This document shows positions 12,776 through 22,165 of a DNA stretch of 64,000 bases, piece after piece. Each line of letters starts with the position of its first letter. Position 1 is the stretch's first letter. The notes under the pieces are model-generated. The model saw only the letters and a list, made by a program, of their open reading frames with translations. It ran no database searches and was not told the DNA's origin. Source of the DNA: an uncultured Collinsella sp. GTDB lineage: Bacteria > Actinomycetota > Coriobacteriia > Coriobacteriales > Coriobacteriaceae. The stretch is taken from contig CABQQR010000002.1 in NCBI GenBank assembly GCA_902466395.1, forward strand, positions 110,184 to 174,183, in the 5' to 3' direction. The position numbers and the translations under genes were made by a program.

Positions 12776-13156
12776 GGTTGCCCGGTGGGGTTTGGTTATG
12801 TTTGCTGCTCTACAGTCCTGGCTCGCACGAAGAGCACATTAAGTGCTCTTCGGCTCGTGCGGAACTCGCGACAAACATAACCAAACCCCACCGGGCAACC
12901 TACCAACCAAATTCTTTTCAGCCCAGGCCCCTTTGTACCACGCGTCGAAGATCTTCAAATTCAACTTCCTGACAATCGATTCTTATAGCAGAGGCCCCTT
13001 GGCCTTTAGTTTGATACAAGTTCCGCACGAGCCGGAAAGCACTTAATGTGCTTTCCGTGCGAGCAGGACTGTTCGCAGTAGCAAACTAAAGGCCAAGGGG
13101 CCCAGTCAACCTATCAGCAGCGATTACTCAGCAGCTAGTTGAATTTGAAGATCTTT
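12776..13156. repeat. Complex nested inverted-repeat region between convergent genes, ending in an inverted partial copy of the GT2 3' end
   Basis: Pair A/A' is a 27-bp perfect IR (12776-12802 and 12874-12900) that encloses hairpin B (12811-12866). Pair B/B' (12811-12866 and 13019-13075) are imperfect inverted copies of about 55 bp. Pair F/F' is a 21-bp perfect IR (12991-13013 and 13082-13102) that flanks B'. Pair D/D' is an 18/19-bp IR (12948-12966 and 13138-13156); D' is the last six codons (KIFKFN) of the GT2 gene, and D lies in a degenerate inverted copy of that 3' end (LYHASKIFKFN). Confidence 0.8.
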
Positions 13157-14166
13157 GAGGCAAGATGGTATAGGCCGAGTGTGGTTTTGTCTCCGGCCCG
13201 TCCATGCAGGTTGGTAAAGAATCCGACCACGCCGTAGCGAGCGCGACGATACATGCGCTCGTCGTACTCCTTCAGGTCCTTCCACAGCGTCTTCAGGCGC
13301 TCATCGGCACAATCTTCCTCGGAAAGCTTGGTGAGCACCGAGCAAATAGCCATCATCATGGTGAAGTAGCCCATCATGTACGAACGCAGACGCGAGGACT
13401 CAACGTCCTGGTACAGGTGGAACGATTCCATCATGATGCGCGTTATGCGGAACTGCTGACCCAGGCGCTTGACCATCGTAGCCTCGTTGACGCTCTGGCC
13501 CTCGCGACCGATAAAGTAGCGATAGAGGTCGATGTCGGCGTAGTACATGGTCTTGCAGCGCGGCAGCGGCACGTATGCGTAGATATTATCCACGTAGAAC
13601 GTGTGTGCCGGCATAGGCAGATTGGACTCGCGCAGTACGTCGGTGCGATAGCACAGGCTGTGCATGAGCAGGTTCTGATCGGGACGGAAGTGTCCGATCT
13701 GGTCCCAAGAGAAAATCTTTTTGCGCGGCAGGGCAAACTTGTAGCCAATAGCGGTATGCGTGCCCTCGTAAACCTTCTCGTACACGTAGTTCGAGATAAA
13801 CAGGTCGACGCGCTGGTCGCGCTCCTCAAAGCCACGCAGAATCGACAGCATGGTCGAAAGCGCCGCACCGTCGAGCCAGTCGTCCGAGTCAACGACCTTA
13901 TAGTACGTACCATGCGCCTCACGCAGGCCCGAGAGGACGGCGATACCGTGGCCGCCATTCTCCTGGTGCACCGCGCGGATGATTCCAGGATAACGGGCCT
14001 CCCACTCGTCGGCCTTGGCGGCCGTCTCGTCCTTGGAGCCGTCGTCCACCACGATAATCTCGATATCGGTGGCGTAATTGCTCCCCTCCAAGATGGAGGT
14101 GATGCAATGGTCCATATCCTTGGCGGCGTTATACGAGGGAATACCGAATGTTATGACTTTATGCAT
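13135..14166 (-). CDS. Family 2 glycosyltransferase
   Basis: MHKVITFGIPSYNAAKDMDHCITSIL...IEIIVVDDGSKDET...VVDSDDWL is the GT-A fold (DxD). The start ATG at 14166 overlaps the glf stop by 8 bp. Confidence 0.8.
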   Translation of the reverse strand: MHKVITFGIPSYNAAKDMDHCITSILEGSNYATDIEIIVVDDGSKDETAAKADEWEARYPGIIRAVHQENGGHGIAVLSGLREAHGTYYKVVDSDDWLDGAALSTMLSILRGFEERDQRVDLFISNYVYEKVYEGTHTAIGYKFALPRKKIFSWDQIGHFRPDQNLLMHSLCYRTDVLRESNLPMPAHTFYVDNIYAYVPLPRCKTMYYADIDLYRYFIGREGQSVNEATMVKRLGQQFRITRIMMESFHLYQDVESSRLRSYMMGYFTMMMAICSVLTKLSEEDCADERLKTLWKDLKEYDERMYRRARYGVVGFFTNLHGRAGDKTTLGLYHLASKIFKFN

Positions 14167-15361
14167 GGCAGGCGATAATCTCATCCGAAAGATCGAGGGC
14201 AGAATTGGTCACGGCGTCCATATCGTAGTAACGATACTCGGCCAGACGACCCACCGGGTGGAAGTTCGTCAGGTTCTGGACGCGCTCAAGGTAGCGCTCA
14301 TAGAGCTCACGGTTCTCGGGCTCCAGAATAGCGTAGTACGGCGTCTCGCCCGAGCCGGGCGTATAGGCCTTGGAGTACTCCTTCATGATGGTGGTCTTGC
14401 CGGGCAGGACCTGACCAGTCATGTTCTTGAACTCGGTGATGCGCGTATAGTCCTCGCTCGTGGTGTAGTTGACGGTGCCCACGGGCTGGAACTGGTCCAT
14501 ATCGAGCGTCTCGAACTTCATATCGAGCGTGCGGTACGGCAGCGCGCCCAGGTCGAGGTTGAATAGCTCGTCGAGCGGACCGGTGTAGACGATCTCGCCG
14601 CCATAGACCTTGCCGTCGATCTTGACGGTGGTCTCGTCGATTTCAAAGAGGTCACGGGCGTCTACGTCACAGAATACGTCGATCAGATCGTGATCGAGCA
14701 TATGCTCGAACAGCGCGGTATAGCCGTCCTGCGGCATGCCCTGGAAAGGAGCCTGCGGGAAGTAGCGATCGTCATCGCCCACAAAGACGGGAACGCGGCC
14801 GGTGATCGAGGGGTCGATCTGGTCGGGCGTCTGGCCCCACTGCTTCATGGTGTAATGCAAAAAGACGTTCTCATAGACATAATCGGCGACCTCGGCAAGA
14901 TCCGGGTCGTTCTTCTTGCGCAGCTCCATAATGGGCACCTTGACGTCCTTGCCAAAGGTCTCCACGAGCTTCTGATACAGCTCCTCGCCGCGCTCATCGC
15001 CAAAGGCGAGCTTGAGGCTCGCATGGTTAAAGGGTACGGGCATGAGGGTGCCGTTGATGTTGGCGAGCACCTTGTGCTGGTAGTCCGTCCACTTGGTAAA
15101 GCGCGACAGGAAGTTATGGACGCGCTCATTAAAAGTGTGATAGATGTGCGGACCGTACTCGTGGACCAGGATTCCGGCCTCGTCAGTGCAGTCGTAGGCA
15201 TTACCCGCGATGTGGCCGCGACGTTCCAAAACGGCAACACGATAGCCGATAGTTTCGGCAAGACGGCGGGCGCAAACGGCACCGGCATAACCGGCGCCGA
15301 CAACGATCATGTCGTACGCACCGGCATTAAAGCCTTCAGGCAGGCCTGAGGTAATCTGCAT
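14159..15361 (-). CDS. glf: UDP-galactopyranose mutase
   Basis: FAD-binding N-terminus YDMIVVGAGYAGAVCARRLAE, then ...YGPHIYHTFNERV... and full-length Glf similarity. AAGGAG RBS before the ATG at 15361. Confidence 0.9.
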   Translation of the reverse strand: MQITSGLPEGFNAGAYDMIVVGAGYAGAVCARRLAETIGYRVAVLERRGHIAGNAYDCTDEAGILVHEYGPHIYHTFNERVHNFLSRFTKWTDYQHKVLANINGTLMPVPFNHASLKLAFGDERGEELYQKLVETFGKDVKVPIMELRKKNDPDLAEVADYVYENVFLHYTMKQWGQTPDQIDPSITGRVPVFVGDDDRYFPQAPFQGMPQDGYTALFEHMLDHDLIDVFCDVDARDLFEIDETTVKIDGKVYGGEIVYTGPLDELFNLDLGALPYRTLDMKFETLDMDQFQPVGTVNYTTSEDYTRITEFKNMTGQVLPGKTTIMKEYSKAYTPGSGETPYYAILEPENRELYERYLERVQNLTNFHPVGRLAEYRYYDMDAVTNSALDLSDEIIACHA

Positions 15362-15593
15362 CGATACTCCTTGTCAAAAGCCACACGCTTTTTAACTGGG
15401 CTTTTTCTCGAACATACGTCGAGACATATTTATCAGAGCGATTATAGCGCTAATGCGTCCTATAATGAGCTTGCCACACAAGGAAAGCTCAAGCACCGCG
15501 GCGTACATTATTGAAAGGTAAACCCGCTAGCAGCGGGTTTATTCGTGTACAGCCGAGGGCCTGGAGCTTAGCGAAACGCTTGTAAGGAGTATC

Positions 15594-16574
15594 ATGAGCG
15601 ATTTCCTGAACCGTATGAAGTCTGCCGCCAAGGCCGACCTTAAGACGATTGTCCTGCCCGAGGGCGAGGATCCGCGTACCATCGTCGCGGCAAACAAGAT
15701 CATCGAAGAAGGCCTGGCCAACATCGTCATCCTGGGCGATCCCAACGAGATCAACGTTCCCGGCGCCACCGTCATCGACCCGCGCAATGCCGAGAAGCAC
15801 GAGGAGTACGCACAGAAGTTTGCCGAGCTCCGCGCCAAGAAGGGCGTTACCATCGAGCAGGCTCGTGCCCAGGTGATGGACGCCACCTACTTTGGCACCA
15901 TGATGGTCAAGATGGGCGATGCCGACGGCCTGGTCTCCGGTGCCTGCCACTCCACCGCCGACACCCTGCGCCCCGCGCTGCAGATCCTCAAGACTGCCCC
16001 GGGCACCAAGCTGGTCTCGGCCTTCTTCGTGATGTGCACCGACACCCCGCAATTCGGCACCGACGGTACGCTGATCTTCGCCGACTGCGGCCTCAACATC
16101 AACCCGTCCTCTGACGAGCTCTCCGAGATCGCCATCGCCTCGGCCCACTCCTGGTCCACCTTTATGGGCAATGTTGAGCCGCACGTGGCCATGCTCTCCT
16201 ACTCCACCATGGGCTCCGCCGGTGGCGAGGTCGCCAAGAAGGTCCAGGAGGCCGTGAAGTTCTGCAAGGAGAAGGCACCCGAGCTCGCCATCGACGGCGA
16301 CCTGCAGCTCGATGCTGCTATCGTCCCCACCGTCGCCCAGCTCAAGGCTCCCGGCTCCTCCGTCGCCGGTAAGGCCAACGTGCTCGTGTTCCCCGACCTC
16401 GAGGCCGGCAACATCGGCTACAAGCTGGTCCAGCGCTTCGCCGGCGCCGACGCTTACGGCCCCATTCTGCAGGGCATCGCCAAGCCGGTCAACGACCTGT
16501 CGCGCGGCTGCTCTGCCGACGACATCGTGGGTGTCGTAGCCATCACCGCCGTCCAGGCTCAGATGGCTGAGTAG
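15594..16574 (+). CDS. pta: Phosphate acetyltransferase
   Basis: MSDFLNRMKSAAKADLKTIVLPEGEDPRTIVAANKI...SRGCSADDIVGVVAITAVQA is the Pta catalytic-domain family. AAGGAG RBS. Confidence 0.9.
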   Translation: MSDFLNRMKSAAKADLKTIVLPEGEDPRTIVAANKIIEEGLANIVILGDPNEINVPGATVIDPRNAEKHEEYAQKFAELRAKKGVTIEQARAQVMDATYFGTMMVKMGDADGLVSGACHSTADTLRPALQILKTAPGTKLVSAFFVMCTDTPQFGTDGTLIFADCGLNINPSSDELSEIAIASAHSWSTFMGNVEPHVAMLSYSTMGSAGGEVAKKVQEAVKFCKEKAPELAIDGDLQLDAAIVPTVAQLKAPGSSVAGKANVLVFPDLEAGNIGYKLVQRFAGADAYGPILQGIAKPVNDLSRGCSADDIVGVVAITAVQAQMAE

Positions 16575-16589
16575 CGGACGCACTCGCCC

Positions 16590-16720
16590 GAAGGCCGTAC
16601 GGGCTAACCCCTGAAAACGTCCTCGACCAATGAAACGCCCCCGTTCTGCTCCTTCGGAGCTACGAACGGGGGCGTTTCTGGTCTGCGGAATGTTTTCAGG
16701 GGTTAGCCCGTACGGCCTTC
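16590..16720. repeat. 29-bp perfect inverted repeat flanking an inner terminator hairpin, downstream of pta
   Basis: gaaggccgtacgggctaacccctgaaaac at 16590-16618 matches its exact reverse complement at 16692-16720. The inner hairpin is aaacgcccccgttc...gaacgggggcgttt at 16633-16676. Confidence 0.8.
16633..16676 (+). terminator. Hairpin terminator candidate for pta (14-bp GC-rich stem, weak T-tract)
   Basis: Stem aaacgcccccgttc / gaacgggggcgttt, followed by tctg. Confidence 0.45.
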
Positions 16721-16865
16721 TACCGCCACGAAGCATTCAGAACATCTGGAGTGGACGGCGGCTTGGCTACGAGCTGGGGCTGAGGATCTGAATGAATGGG
16801 TGTCGTTGCTGGGAGCGCTGGCGTTACTGGTGATGATCACTTTGGGACTCGAATTTCCGCCTGCT

Positions 16866-16904
16866 AGCAAAAAGGCCTCCTGAGCTGCTGCTCAGGAGGC
16901 CTTT
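16866..16904 (-). terminator. Rho-independent terminator after ackA copy 1
   Basis: Hairpin aaaggcctcctgagc / gctcaggaggccttt, followed on the minus strand by TTTTGC. Confidence 0.6.
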
Positions 16905-16926
16905 CGTTCAATCGCAAGCGAACGCA

Positions 16927-18105
16927 CTAGTTATTCGCGGTCAAACGCTCGACGTCGTGGGCGATCATGTATTCCTCGTCGGTGGGGATGACCATGACCG
17001 TGACGGAAGAGCCGGCGGCGCTGATGACCTGCGGGCCGTTACCCACGGCCTCGCGGTTCTTGTTGTTGTCGATGCGCACGCCCAGCCACTCGAAGCAGTC
17101 GCAGAAAGCCTTGCGGATCGACCAGTCGTTCTCGCCAATGCCGGCGGTAAAGGTAATGGTGTCCACGCCCGCCATGGAAGCGATCATGGAGCCGGCCTGC
17201 TGCATGGCCTTGTAGGCGAACATATCGAAGGCAAGCAGGCAGCGCTCGTCGCCCTCGGAGGCGCGCGTGCGGATGTCACGGGCGTCGTTGGAGATGCCCG
17301 AGATGGCAAGCAGGCCGGACTGCTTGTTCATCATGTCGTCGACTTCCTGGTAGCTGTAACCGCCCTCGCGCTGCAGGTAGCATACGGTAGCCGGGTCAAT
17401 GGAACCGCAGCGGGTACCCATCATCAGACCGTCAAGCGGCGTGAGGCCCATCGTGGTGTCGCGGCACACGCCGTCCTCGATAGCAGCAAGCGAAGCACCG
17501 TTACCCAAATGGCACGAAAGCAGACGGTGGCAGCGCGAACCCAGGATCTCCTTGGCCATCATCCACTCATAGCGGTGGCTCGTGCCGTGGGCGCCGTACT
17601 TGCGCACGTGGTACTTGTCGCACACGTCCTTGGGCAGCGCGTAGGTATAGGCGACCTCGGGCATGGTCATGTGGAACGAGGTGTCGAAGACCGCCACGTT
17701 GGGCAGCTCCGGATACTTCTCGCGGCAATATTCGATTGCCGCGGCCTCGCCGTAATTGTGCAGCGGGGCGAGCGGAGCAACCTCGAGGATCTTAGCCATG
17801 ACCTCATCGTCGACGACCGCGGAATCATCGAAGTGCCAGCCACCCTGAACGATACGGTGGCCGATGCCATCGATCGTAAAGTCGGTCTTCTCGAGCTCCT
17901 CGAGCACGCGCGCAATGGCGCAGCGATGATCGGGAAAAGGAATCTCCTCGGTCTGCTTGGCACCACCGTTCTCGGAGTGGCCAAAGATGCCCATCTCCGA
18001 GCCGATACGCTCGCAGTTGCCCTTGGCGAAAACCTCGCGGGTATCGGTATCCAAAAGCTGATATTTAAGGCTCGAGCTGCCGGCGTTGACAACAAGTACG
18101 TTCAT
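16927..18105 (-). CDS. ackA: Acetate kinase (copy 1)
   Basis: MNVLVVNAGSSSLKYQLLDTDTREV... with full-length acetate/propionate kinase family identity, 392 aa. Confidence 0.92.
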   Translation of the reverse strand: MNVLVVNAGSSSLKYQLLDTDTREVFAKGNCERIGSEMGIFGHSENGGAKQTEEIPFPDHRCAIARVLEELEKTDFTIDGIGHRIVQGGWHFDDSAVVDDEVMAKILEVAPLAPLHNYGEAAAIEYCREKYPELPNVAVFDTSFHMTMPEVAYTYALPKDVCDKYHVRKYGAHGTSHRYEWMMAKEILGSRCHRLLSCHLGNGASLAAIEDGVCRDTTMGLTPLDGLMMGTRCGSIDPATVCYLQREGGYSYQEVDDMMNKQSGLLAISGISNDARDIRTRASEGDERCLLAFDMFAYKAMQQAGSMIASMAGVDTITFTAGIGENDWSIRKAFCDCFEWLGVRIDNNKNREAVGNGPQVISAAGSSVTVMVIPTDEEYMIAHDVERLTANN

Positions 18106-18269
18106 GAGACTCCTTTGCAGTGCGATACGGTCGGCGCAGACCCCTTAAGGCGGCCGCATGTTAATAAGAAGTTATCACAACTTGATAAATAGCTATCAGG
18201 CATATCGCCCAACGAGTACAAAAGAGGAGCTGAACGGCGCTCGGTCGTCCAGCCCCTCCCCTCTTGCAA

Positions 18270-19448
18270 TTACTTGCCGTTGACGATGCGCTCGACGTCG
18301 GAAGCGATCATGAACTCCTCGTCCGTGGGGATGACAAAGATTTTGACCTTGGAATCCTTGGCAGACAGGCACCATGCGCCGTCACCACGCAGGGCGTTGC
18401 GGGCATGATCCATCTTGACGCCCATAAAGGCCAGGCGGTCGGCCACGCCGGCGCGGACGGCAGGAGCGTGCTCACCGATGCCGGCAGTGAAGACCAGGGT
18501 GTCCATACCGCACATGGAGGTGGCCATCTCGGCAGCCTTGGCGGCAATCTTGTAGACGAACATATCGAAGGCGAGCTGGGCCTCGGGGTCACCGGCAGCG
18601 GCGAGCTCCTCGACGTTGCGGCAGTCGTTGGTCTTGCCGCCGGTCACAGCCAAAAGGCCGGACTTCTTGTTCATCATCTCGTCGACCTCGTCGAAGGTGT
18701 AGCCGCCCTCGCGCTGCAGGTAGCACACGGTAGCCGGGTCGATGGAGCCGCAGCGGGTGCCCATCATGACGCCGTCGAGCGGCGTCAAGCCCATGGTGGT
18801 GTCCATGCACTTGCCGTCCTCGATGGCGCACAGGGAAGCGCCGGAGCCGATATGGCACACGACGACCTTGCGGGCCTCGCCGTTGGTCATCTCGGCGACC
18901 TTCTTGGAGATGTAGCGGTAGCTGGTGCCGTGGGCGCCGTACTTACGGATGTGCAGCTTGTCGCAGACGTCCTTGGGCAGGGCGTAAGTCTTGGCGACCT
19001 CGGGCATGTTGAAGTGGAAAGCGGTGTCGTAAACCGTGACGTTGGGCAGGTCGGGATACTGCTCCAGGCAGTACTCGATAACGTTGGCCTCGGGGTTGTT
19101 GTGCAGCGGGGCGAGCGGAGCGACCTCGCGGATCTTGGCGAGGACATCCTCGTCGACGAGGGAGGAATCGCCAAAGTACCAACCGCCCTGAACGATACGG
19201 TGGCCGATACCCTCAATCTTGACGCCGTTGGCCTCGAGGTCCTTCAGGACAACCTCGATGGCGACCTTGTGGTCGGGGAACTCGATGTTCTCGGTCACCT
19301 TCTTGGAGCCGTTGGCAGCATGGGTGAAAGTGCCGCCGGTAAAGCAGACGCGCTCGCAGGAGCCCTTTGCGGACACCTTATGGGACTTGGTATCGATGAC
19401 CTGATACTTAAGGGTCGAAGATCCTGCGTTGACGACCAGAACGTTCAT
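18270..19448 (-). CDS. ackA: Acetate kinase (copy 2, tandem paralog, about 60% identity to copy 1)
   Basis: MNVLVVNAGSSTLKYQVIDTKSHKV..., 392 aa. It is colinear with copy 1 along its whole length. Confidence 0.92.
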   Translation of the reverse strand: MNVLVVNAGSSTLKYQVIDTKSHKVSAKGSCERVCFTGGTFTHAANGSKKVTENIEFPDHKVAIEVVLKDLEANGVKIEGIGHRIVQGGWYFGDSSLVDEDVLAKIREVAPLAPLHNNPEANVIEYCLEQYPDLPNVTVYDTAFHFNMPEVAKTYALPKDVCDKLHIRKYGAHGTSYRYISKKVAEMTNGEARKVVVCHIGSGASLCAIEDGKCMDTTMGLTPLDGVMMGTRCGSIDPATVCYLQREGGYTFDEVDEMMNKKSGLLAVTGGKTNDCRNVEELAAAGDPEAQLAFDMFVYKIAAKAAEMATSMCGMDTLVFTAGIGEHAPAVRAGVADRLAFMGVKMDHARNALRGDGAWCLSAKDSKVKIFVIPTDEEFMIASDVERIVNGK

Positions 19449-19568
19449 GTGTCTCCCTACTAACAGGCGGTGTGGCGCCGCCAGGTTACATACGCTTCAA
19501 TAATAAACCCAAACGCCCTCGCGCTCGGGTTTATTGCGTTGATATATAAGTTATCGGTGCCCAAATAC

Positions 19569-20729
19569 TCATGTCCTTTGGCTTGTAAGACGAAAGAGCG
19601 CGGGGATATACACCAAAGAAGAGGTTCCGAGTGCGACAAGCAATATGACTCGAATGCCCGCGATGCTGCTCAACACAGCATTGAACAGATAGAAAAGGAT
19701 GGCGCCCACCGCCACCATCTGGCTTTGAACCGAAATCAGTGAACAGCGCATCGAAGAATCGGCTACTTTTTGAAAAATTGAGTATTTAATTGGAGCAAAT
19801 AACGAGTACGCAACCGTCTGCAGCACATAGAACACGGGCAGCAAATTAGCCGGAGTAAGGGGAATCAAAAACAAAGCTGTCAGGAAAAGGCGCACGATGC
19901 CGCAAATACGCGCAAAGCGGCCCTTGTCGACATGAGCAATCGCGCAGGGCACAATAAGTCCCATGGAGGCCGAGGCAAGGAGCTGGACCGCAATGGTGAC
20001 ACCCGAAGCGACGGCATTCATTCCGCGACCCGCAAGCAGCAGTGAGAAAAAGTCTTCCAGGGCGACAAAAGCAAATGCCTGAGAACAGTCCATGATGAAC
20101 GCTGAACGAAGAATGCCATTACCCGCAATAGCGGCACCGATCATCTTCGGGCTAATCCCATGTTCAGGTGTCGTCGCAATGCCCCCTCTTCGCATCTCAG
20201 GAATGCAGACAACGACAACCAACGTCAACACCATTGCGATGATATCTGCCGAAAGACCAATGAGATATGCACCGACGGACGAAATGAAACCGCCCACGCA
20301 AGCGGAGATGGCACAAGAGGCATAGAAAACAAATCGCTCAACGACATTAAGTCTTACGAGCTGGTCCTGAGAGACGCTGTCAATGTAAATCGCTTCGATG
20401 GATCCGCTCACACACGCAACGGCAAAACCTTTGAGAGCGAACGCACCGACTAAAAGCAGGGGAGAACGGACGAGAAGCAGGGCGGCGTAGTATCCAAGCA
20501 TCCCCACGACGCCAACGAGACCGCTTGTCTTTCGTCCAAACCTATCAGCAATATAGCCAGTGGGAACTTCAAGGATGAACTTGCTCACTTGATATGCAAT
20601 CATCATGCTAGAAATCGATACCATCGAAAGTCCGACGAACTCAAGGTAGACAGTTAGAAAATACAAGATGGTGCTGAAGTTCGACAGAAAAACGAACGTC
20701 ATATAAAGCAAAACCGTACGGTTTTTCAT
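19569..20729 (-). CDS. MFS transporter (low-GC islet)
   Basis: 12-TM MFS profile with a DRFGRK motif (PTGYIADRFGRKTSGL). GGAGG RBS before the ATG at 20729. Local GC is about 45-50% against about 64% in the flanks. Confidence 0.75.
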   Translation of the reverse strand: MKNRTVLLYMTFVFLSNFSTILYFLTVYLEFVGLSMVSISSMMIAYQVSKFILEVPTGYIADRFGRKTSGLVGVVGMLGYYAALLLVRSPLLLVGAFALKGFAVACVSGSIEAIYIDSVSQDQLVRLNVVERFVFYASCAISACVGGFISSVGAYLIGLSADIIAMVLTLVVVVCIPEMRRGGIATTPEHGISPKMIGAAIAGNGILRSAFIMDCSQAFAFVALEDFFSLLLAGRGMNAVASGVTIAVQLLASASMGLIVPCAIAHVDKGRFARICGIVRLFLTALFLIPLTPANLLPVFYVLQTVAYSLFAPIKYSIFQKVADSSMRCSLISVQSQMVAVGAILFYLFNAVLSSIAGIRVILLVALGTSSLVYIPALFRLTSQRT

Positions 20730-20848
20730 GCTCCGCCCTCCAAGAGTCAGCAATCTAAATCGGAATCTTGGAAAAGCATGAGGGCAAAGCTGTCAGCTAT
20801 GTGTTACAAGGCGTCAATAATCACTTGATGCCTCGAAGCCAATTAATC

Positions 20849-21739
20849 TCACGAAGCAAGATGACGCAATAGGTGCAGAAAAACCGTCTGGTGTCGATCA
20901 GTCCAGGAATTTTGCCGATAGCAAAAGTAGATGGGCAAGGTTACATCACGCGAACCTTCAATGGAGCACTCACTCACTTCTGACCCATCCGATGCGAGAG
21001 AGGACCCAGACAAACTCAATATCAATCCCCCGGCTTGAAGAAACTCAGTCTGAGCCCTGCTTCCGTATTCAACATCACGGAAGCGAAAATTGACGAGCTG
21101 GGCTTCGGGACATTGATTGATTGCATTGAGACAGGGTGACAAATTAATGGGAACAGCGAGCCTGCCGCCCAGTAACTCGCGAATGGTCATGGCGCCCACA
21201 GATTGATGACCCGCTGGGCATGAAAGAACCTTGAGCTCCTTTTCACCCAAATATTTTGAAGAAAGGACGCTGTCCCGTGGTTCCTCGAATGAGATAGCCG
21301 CATCCGAAATGCCAAGCACAAGTGATTCAAAGCATGTAGCCGTTGGCTGATGCCACACATCAAGGTGAATCTGAGGGTGCGAGCGTTCAAACGAGTCATA
21401 CCAGCTTTCGGCAAAAAGGCGCCCCCGCCCATGAAGGCAGGGGGCGTAAAGACGAAAGTGGCCATCGGGCGAAACGCCGTCGCCCCTCGATTGAGCGTAC
21501 TTTTTGAGATCGTCGACTTGTGCCAGGATCACGCGTGCACGACGCGCAAATTCTCTGCCCGCCGGAGACAAAACAGCCTCCCCCGCCGATCGGTCAAGCA
21601 AAACAATCTGATACTCAGATTCCAACTTTTTGATTGCCGACGAAACGGCCTGCGGACTCACATGAACGGCGCGAGCTGCTTTGCGCACGCCGCCATAGTT
21701 CGCCACCGCTTGAAGGTATTCGAGTTGAGAAAGCTGCAT
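20849..21739 (-). CDS. LysR-family transcriptional regulator
   Basis: N-terminal HTH MQLSQLEYLQAVANYGGVRKAARAVHVSPQAVSSAIKKLE plus a LysR substrate-binding domain. Confidence 0.8.
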   Translation of the reverse strand: MQLSQLEYLQAVANYGGVRKAARAVHVSPQAVSSAIKKLESEYQIVLLDRSAGEAVLSPAGREFARRARVILAQVDDLKKYAQSRGDGVSPDGHFRLYAPCLHGRGRLFAESWYDSFERSHPQIHLDVWHQPTATCFESLVLGISDAAISFEEPRDSVLSSKYLGEKELKVLSCPAGHQSVGAMTIRELLGGRLAVPINLSPCLNAINQCPEAQLVNFRFRDVEYGSRAQTEFLQAGGLILSLSGSSLASDGSEVSECSIEGSRDVTLPIYFCYRQNSWTDRHQTVFLHLLRHLAS

Positions 21740-21780
21740 AGATTACTCCAAAGGCAGCCAAGTCGACGGACCAAGCGCCC

Positions 21781-22116
21781 TCAGATGAGGTTCTCGCCCA
21801 GGTTTTTGCCGCCGAGGACGTGCATGTGGAAGTGCATGACGGTCTGGCCGGCGTTGACGCCCTTGTTGGAGATGACGCGGAAACCGTCCTCCAGACCCTT
21901 GGCCTTGGCGACCTCTTGGATGGCGTGAGCCATGGCGCCCATGGTCTCGGCAGGCACGTTGTCGGCGATGTCGCTGTAGTGCTTCTTGGGGATCACGAGC
22001 GTGTGGACCGGCGCCTGGGGGTTGAGGTCATCGAAGGCGATGACCTGGTCGTCCTCATAGACAACGGTCGAGGGGATCTCGTGGTTGGCAATTTTACAGA
22101 AGATGCAATCACACAT
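21781..22116 (-). CDS. HIT (histidine triad) family hydrolase
   Basis: MCDCIFCKI...HTLVIPKKH...HFHMHVLGG carries the HxHxHxx triad. Confidence 0.8.
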   Translation of the reverse strand: MCDCIFCKIANHEIPSTVVYEDDQVIAFDDLNPQAPVHTLVIPKKHYSDIADNVPAETMGAMAHAIQEVAKAKGLEDGFRVISNKGVNAGQTVMHFHMHVLGGKNLGENLI

Positions 22117-22165
22117 AGCTGGTTCCTTTCTCACAGACCAAGGTAATTATATTTGGTCGAGATGC

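Noticed and set aside
15489-16736. 415-aa minus-strand ORF
   Set aside because: Antisense to pta. Gly/Asp/Val-rich with no motifs.
16957-19463. Two roughly 400-aa plus-strand ORFs (16957..18192 and 18264..19463)
   Set aside because: Antisense shadows of the two acetate kinase genes.
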